Source: Chiloscyllium plagiosum (Eukaryota). Taken from it: a stretch of 22,540 nt of DNA. Positions 19,125 to 22,540 of the stretch are shown piece by piece. Numbering within the stretch: position 1 is the stretch's first letter; the number at the start of each line of letters is the position of its first letter. Both the position numbers and the translations under genes were made by a program. Below the pieces are notes generated by a model. That model had not been told where the DNA came from. It was given only the letters and a program-made list of their open reading frames with translations, and ran no database searches. The stretch is from NCBI RefSeq assembly GCF_004010195.1, contig NC_057718.1, positions 79,040,676 to 79,063,215 of the forward strand. The letters run 5' to 3'.

Positions 19125-20805
19125 TGGGTAATATCTTCAGTTTTGTGCCGTGGATGAACTCTGCCATCACCTTTTTTCATGACTGACATTGGCATAGGGT
19201 TAAAGTGAGGACTGCAGATGCTGGAGATCAGAGCTGAAAATGTGTTGCTGGAAAAGCGCAGCAGGTCAGGCAGCATCCAGGGAACAGGAGAATCGACGTT
19301 TTGGGCATGAGCCCTTCTTCAGGAATGGCATAGGGTTACATGGCATCATCCAAGATTTGTTAATTGCATTGTTTATTTGGTCATCATGAGAGGGCATGTT
19401 CTCCACACCACCTCATGTAGTGCAGATTGCGATACTGACCACACTCTTGCCAGCAGCAATGCTTGGGTATACCTTCAAAGTTTTACAGTTCCAAAAACGT
19501 TGGCTTGGTGCACATGAGCATCACTGAACAAGTAACAATGCCAGAAATTGGCATTTTGCGCTGTTGCTAGAATGATTACTTCCCATCAGAGATATATCAG
19601 GAAGAGCTGAGGCTGGATTTGAAGTTGTTAAATGTAGTCATCCATGGTAAATGCAAAATAACAGATTGGTTGGAGACATACTCAGTTAAGATGACACCTG
19701 TCATTGATGTAGAAAAAAACCCATATGATGTACTTCATAAATTCAACAGCAAAAAACTGGAAGATACTTTCCAGGTAAAGGATATGGAGAAATTGCCAAA
19801 ATAAACTGGATCAACTTGTGTTGAGAAATCCAGCTTTCTTCGATAATGCAAAGTTACAATCTGCATAAAAAGGAATTGAAGATGTTTGGTCCTATCATAA
19901 TTAAAGTTGCCACTCTAAAGTCTGTAGATGATGGAATGCTTTCAGACAGAAGTAAACAGATATTTCTGTGAATTGTACTTCTGATGCGATGAATGTATTG
20001 AAGACCATGCTTGACGTTATTGCACTATGTCCTATCACGAATGAGTTAGCTCAGCTAAACTGAAAGAGGCCATACAGTTCTTAACAAGCAGGCAAGTGTC
20101 AACGATGGAATCCCTGACAAACTGTTCAAGTTGAGGTGTTCCATCAGTTGCCACACTTTTATGTCCTTGGCCACCTTTGCTTGCTCTATCATTCCATAGG
20201 AGATGCATAATGCAAAATCATCTTGCTATACAAAGAGAAAGATTGCAGAATTCCACAATAAAATATGGTGTCGCTCTCCTTAGTACCATGGAGAAGGTAT
20301 TTTTTCCTAAGGTTGTATGACACAAATTATGAGCATAAATCTTCTTTATATACCAGCTTTAAAAGAAATTTAAGGAACAGGGCATAGCACTGGCACTCTC
20401 CTCAAGGAAGGAGTATACAAGATGGGGAAAATAAGCTCACCGAAGCTCCTCAGTATCATCTACTTCCGTGACAATTTGCATTGTACAAAGGAAGACAGTC
20501 ATGTATTCAAAAACTTCTGCTGAGTGAGAAGTTGGTAGAGTCAGGCGATCAATTGGATCCCAGAGATCCACTTCAAGGATGCTTGCAAGAGTGAAATTAA
20601 GTGCCTTTGACATTGATAATCATATTTGGGAGTCAGTAGATGAAGACAGGAAAATAGCAATACCTGATGCGCACTAGTGCGCACCATGACGACTCGTGGC
20701 TACAGTAGTTTGACAACAGGCTGACACTGAAAATAACTGACACTTGCTGGAACTGCTCATTACCAGGATTGTCCTCTTTAGTCAGCAGCAAAGGTGCACC
20801 ATATG
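19125..20805 (+). mobile_element. Decayed RTE-clade LINE (endonuclease, RT and C-terminus, with deletions); may begin at ~18540
   Basis: VLHTTSCSADCDTDHTL (APE end), TDWLETYSVKMTPVI, LKEAI..NDGIPDKLFK, P*EMHNAK.., PKLLSII, HFKDACKSE, RIVLFSQQQRC. Confidence 0.75.
19203..19325 (-). mobile_element. 123-bp single-arm Penelope-derived element starting at a hammerhead motif, 13-bp TSD
   Basis: TGGCATAGGGTTA at 19190-19202 and 19326-19338. Minus strand begins TTC-CTGAAGA-A-GGGC-tcat-GCCC-AAAA-CGTC-GATTC. Homologous to 8045-8168. Confidence 0.85.
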
Positions 20806-20829
20806 CCTGGTGTTGCTTCTGCCATGTGC

Positions 20830-21300
20830 TCCTAACTCTCCATTGACCAGTATTCTGTTTCCTATCACTCTGCCAGTTTTGTGTCCATTTGCTGCTGTCC
20901 TTATTATTTCAGAACTTCCAACATTGCTCAGACTTGTGTGGCACTTTTGCAACAGCATGTATATGACATTAAAATGATTACTTTCTTCAATTCTCTGTTT
21001 CCTCATTAAAGTCTACATGTAGTCAGTTAAACAGCATTTTCCCTGAACAGATCGGTACAGGGTTTCCTTAATTAAACTGCATTTTCTCATGTAACTAATA
21101 TATTTATCATAAAATATCATTTCTAGCAGGTTACCCACCAGCTTGATAAAATTGACTGGCTTGTAGTTGCATGGCTTGCTGTCACACCTTTTTGTTTTGA
21201 ACAAAAGTGTAATGTTTGTGATTCTACCATATTTTGGCACCTATTTCTGAGCCAGTGTAAGACTGGAACATCGGAGCCAGGTCCTCTGCTGAAGCCTGAA
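20830..21300 (-). mobile_element. Old CR1 RT fragment, antisense
   Basis: ORF 21013-21240 ITNITLLFK..PCNYKPVNFIKLVGNLLE..LIKETLYRSVQGKCCLT. Confidence 0.75.
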
Positions 21301-21799
21301 AGAAATTATTTTGAAATTGGTGGTTTTGCTCTATTTTCATTGACATTAATTTTTTAATGTAATAGTATATTTACTACAGCTTCACGAATTTCCAGAAATA
21401 TAGCTGTTATTGGCCTCTTGCTTTGTTTGATTGTTCAAAAAAAAAATGGTATTCTGTCCTTCCTCTTATCTCCACTTTAGATTCTTGTAATTCCTCACAG
21501 GAATTAGAATGTGATGAGGCGATCTCAAACTTAGGGCACAGTATATCTCACAGTGATTAATTAGGAAAATACTAATTAGAGTTTTCACTTCTTTAGATGG
21601 TGTACCACTTGCGAGTTTGGATTTCAACACCATTACTTTAATTGAATAATTTGAATGGCCTTTGAAACGGAGTGTTAGGCTCATGTTTCACTGCAAGTCA
21701 CCGACGTTGAGATGATTATTTTGAAAATAAAACACAAAATTAACCATTTTGTCATGATTCTAAAATCACCTAAAGAATACAAATGCAAAATTCAAATTT

Positions 21800-22040
21800 G
21801 TACAACAATTTGCATTTATATGTTTCAGGCATTTCACACTGGTATTATCAAGCAAATTTGACCATAAGCCATATAAGGAAATAATTGGACAGACATGCAA
21901 ACAATAGGTCAAAGAGATTTTAAGGAATCTCTTAATGGAGGAAGGGAAGAAATTGCAAAGCTTGGAGTGACTGAAGGCATGACTGTAACTGGTTGGAATG
22001 AATTAAAATCAGGATGTTCAAGAAGCCAGCACTGGAGGAG
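21800..22040 (-). mobile_element. L2 LINE 3' end, antisense
   Basis: AACAATTTGCATTTATAT tail followed by GGTCAAAGAGA..TTTTAAGGA..CTGAAGGCA..GCCAGCACTGGAGGAG. Confidence 0.65.
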
Positions 22041-22050
22041 ACCAGAGATG

Positions 22051-22540
22051 CACCAATGACATAGGTAGGAGGAGGGCTGAGGATGTTAGGCAGGCTTTCA
22101 GGGAGCTAAGTTGGAAGCTCAGAGTTAGAGCGAACAGAGTTGTTGTCTCTGGTGCCACGTGATAGAGAGTCGAGGAATAGGGAGAGACAACAGTTAAATG
22201 CGTGGCTACAGGGATGGTGCAGGAGGGAGGGATTCCGGTATTTGGATAACTGGGGTTCTTTCTGGGGAAGGTGGGTCCTCTATAAACAGGATGGTCTGCA
22301 CCTGAACCTGAGGAGCCCCAGTATCCTTGGTGGGAGGTTTGCTAGTGCTCTTGGGGGGGGTTTAAACTAACTCTGCAGGGGCATGGGAACCCAGACTGTA
22401 GCATTAGGGTGCAGGACCTGGAGTGTAGGGACATGGCATCAATCTCAAAGGAGGGTGCCTGTAAACAGGAAAGTGGTTTGAAGTGTGTATACTACAATGC
22501 AAGAAGTATACGAAATAAGGTAGGTGAACTTGCAGCATGG
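22051..22540 (+). mobile_element. CR1 LINE: ORF1 SGNH/GDSL esterase C-terminal half and start of ORF2 endonuclease; continues beyond the window
   Basis: TNDIGRRR (block III) .. LNAWLQGWCRREGFRYLDNW..YKQDGLHLN (block V, DxxH), then LKCVYYNARSIRNKVGELAAW from ~22478. Confidence 0.9.

Noticed and set aside
22140..22370. Host or bacterial GDSL esterase gene
   Set aside because: It is directly followed by a CR1 ORF2 start, and CR1 ORF1 is known to contain this domain.

Overview
Eukaryotic, CpG-depleted vertebrate genomic DNA. The repeat content (HE1/V-SINE, SacSINE-like SINE, HER1-type CR1 LINEs, Penelope elements) points to a cartilaginous fish, most likely a shark. The only host coding sequence I can support is one large + strand internal exon (10368-11746, 1379 nt) of MAP3K4/MEKK4, orthologous to the large human exon 3. 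The rest is intron, densely filled with nested, decayed transposons: a GalEa-like Ty1/copia element with a candidate 3' LTR, many CR1/L2 LINE pieces, an RTE LINE, a Neptune-like Penelope element, a Tigger-like MITE and SINEs. Most interesting signals: (1) back-splicing of the exon would recreate the overlapping start/stop junction of the translated human circMAP3K4, and oppositely oriented repeats flank it; (2) several short Penelope-derived elements carry minimal hammerhead ribozyme cores, two with exact 13-bp target-site duplications; (3) three locus-specific inverted/fold-back duplications occur inside CR1 copies, including a 177-bp templated inverted copy of a chimeric junction. All family assignments come from my recognition of motifs, not from database searches.
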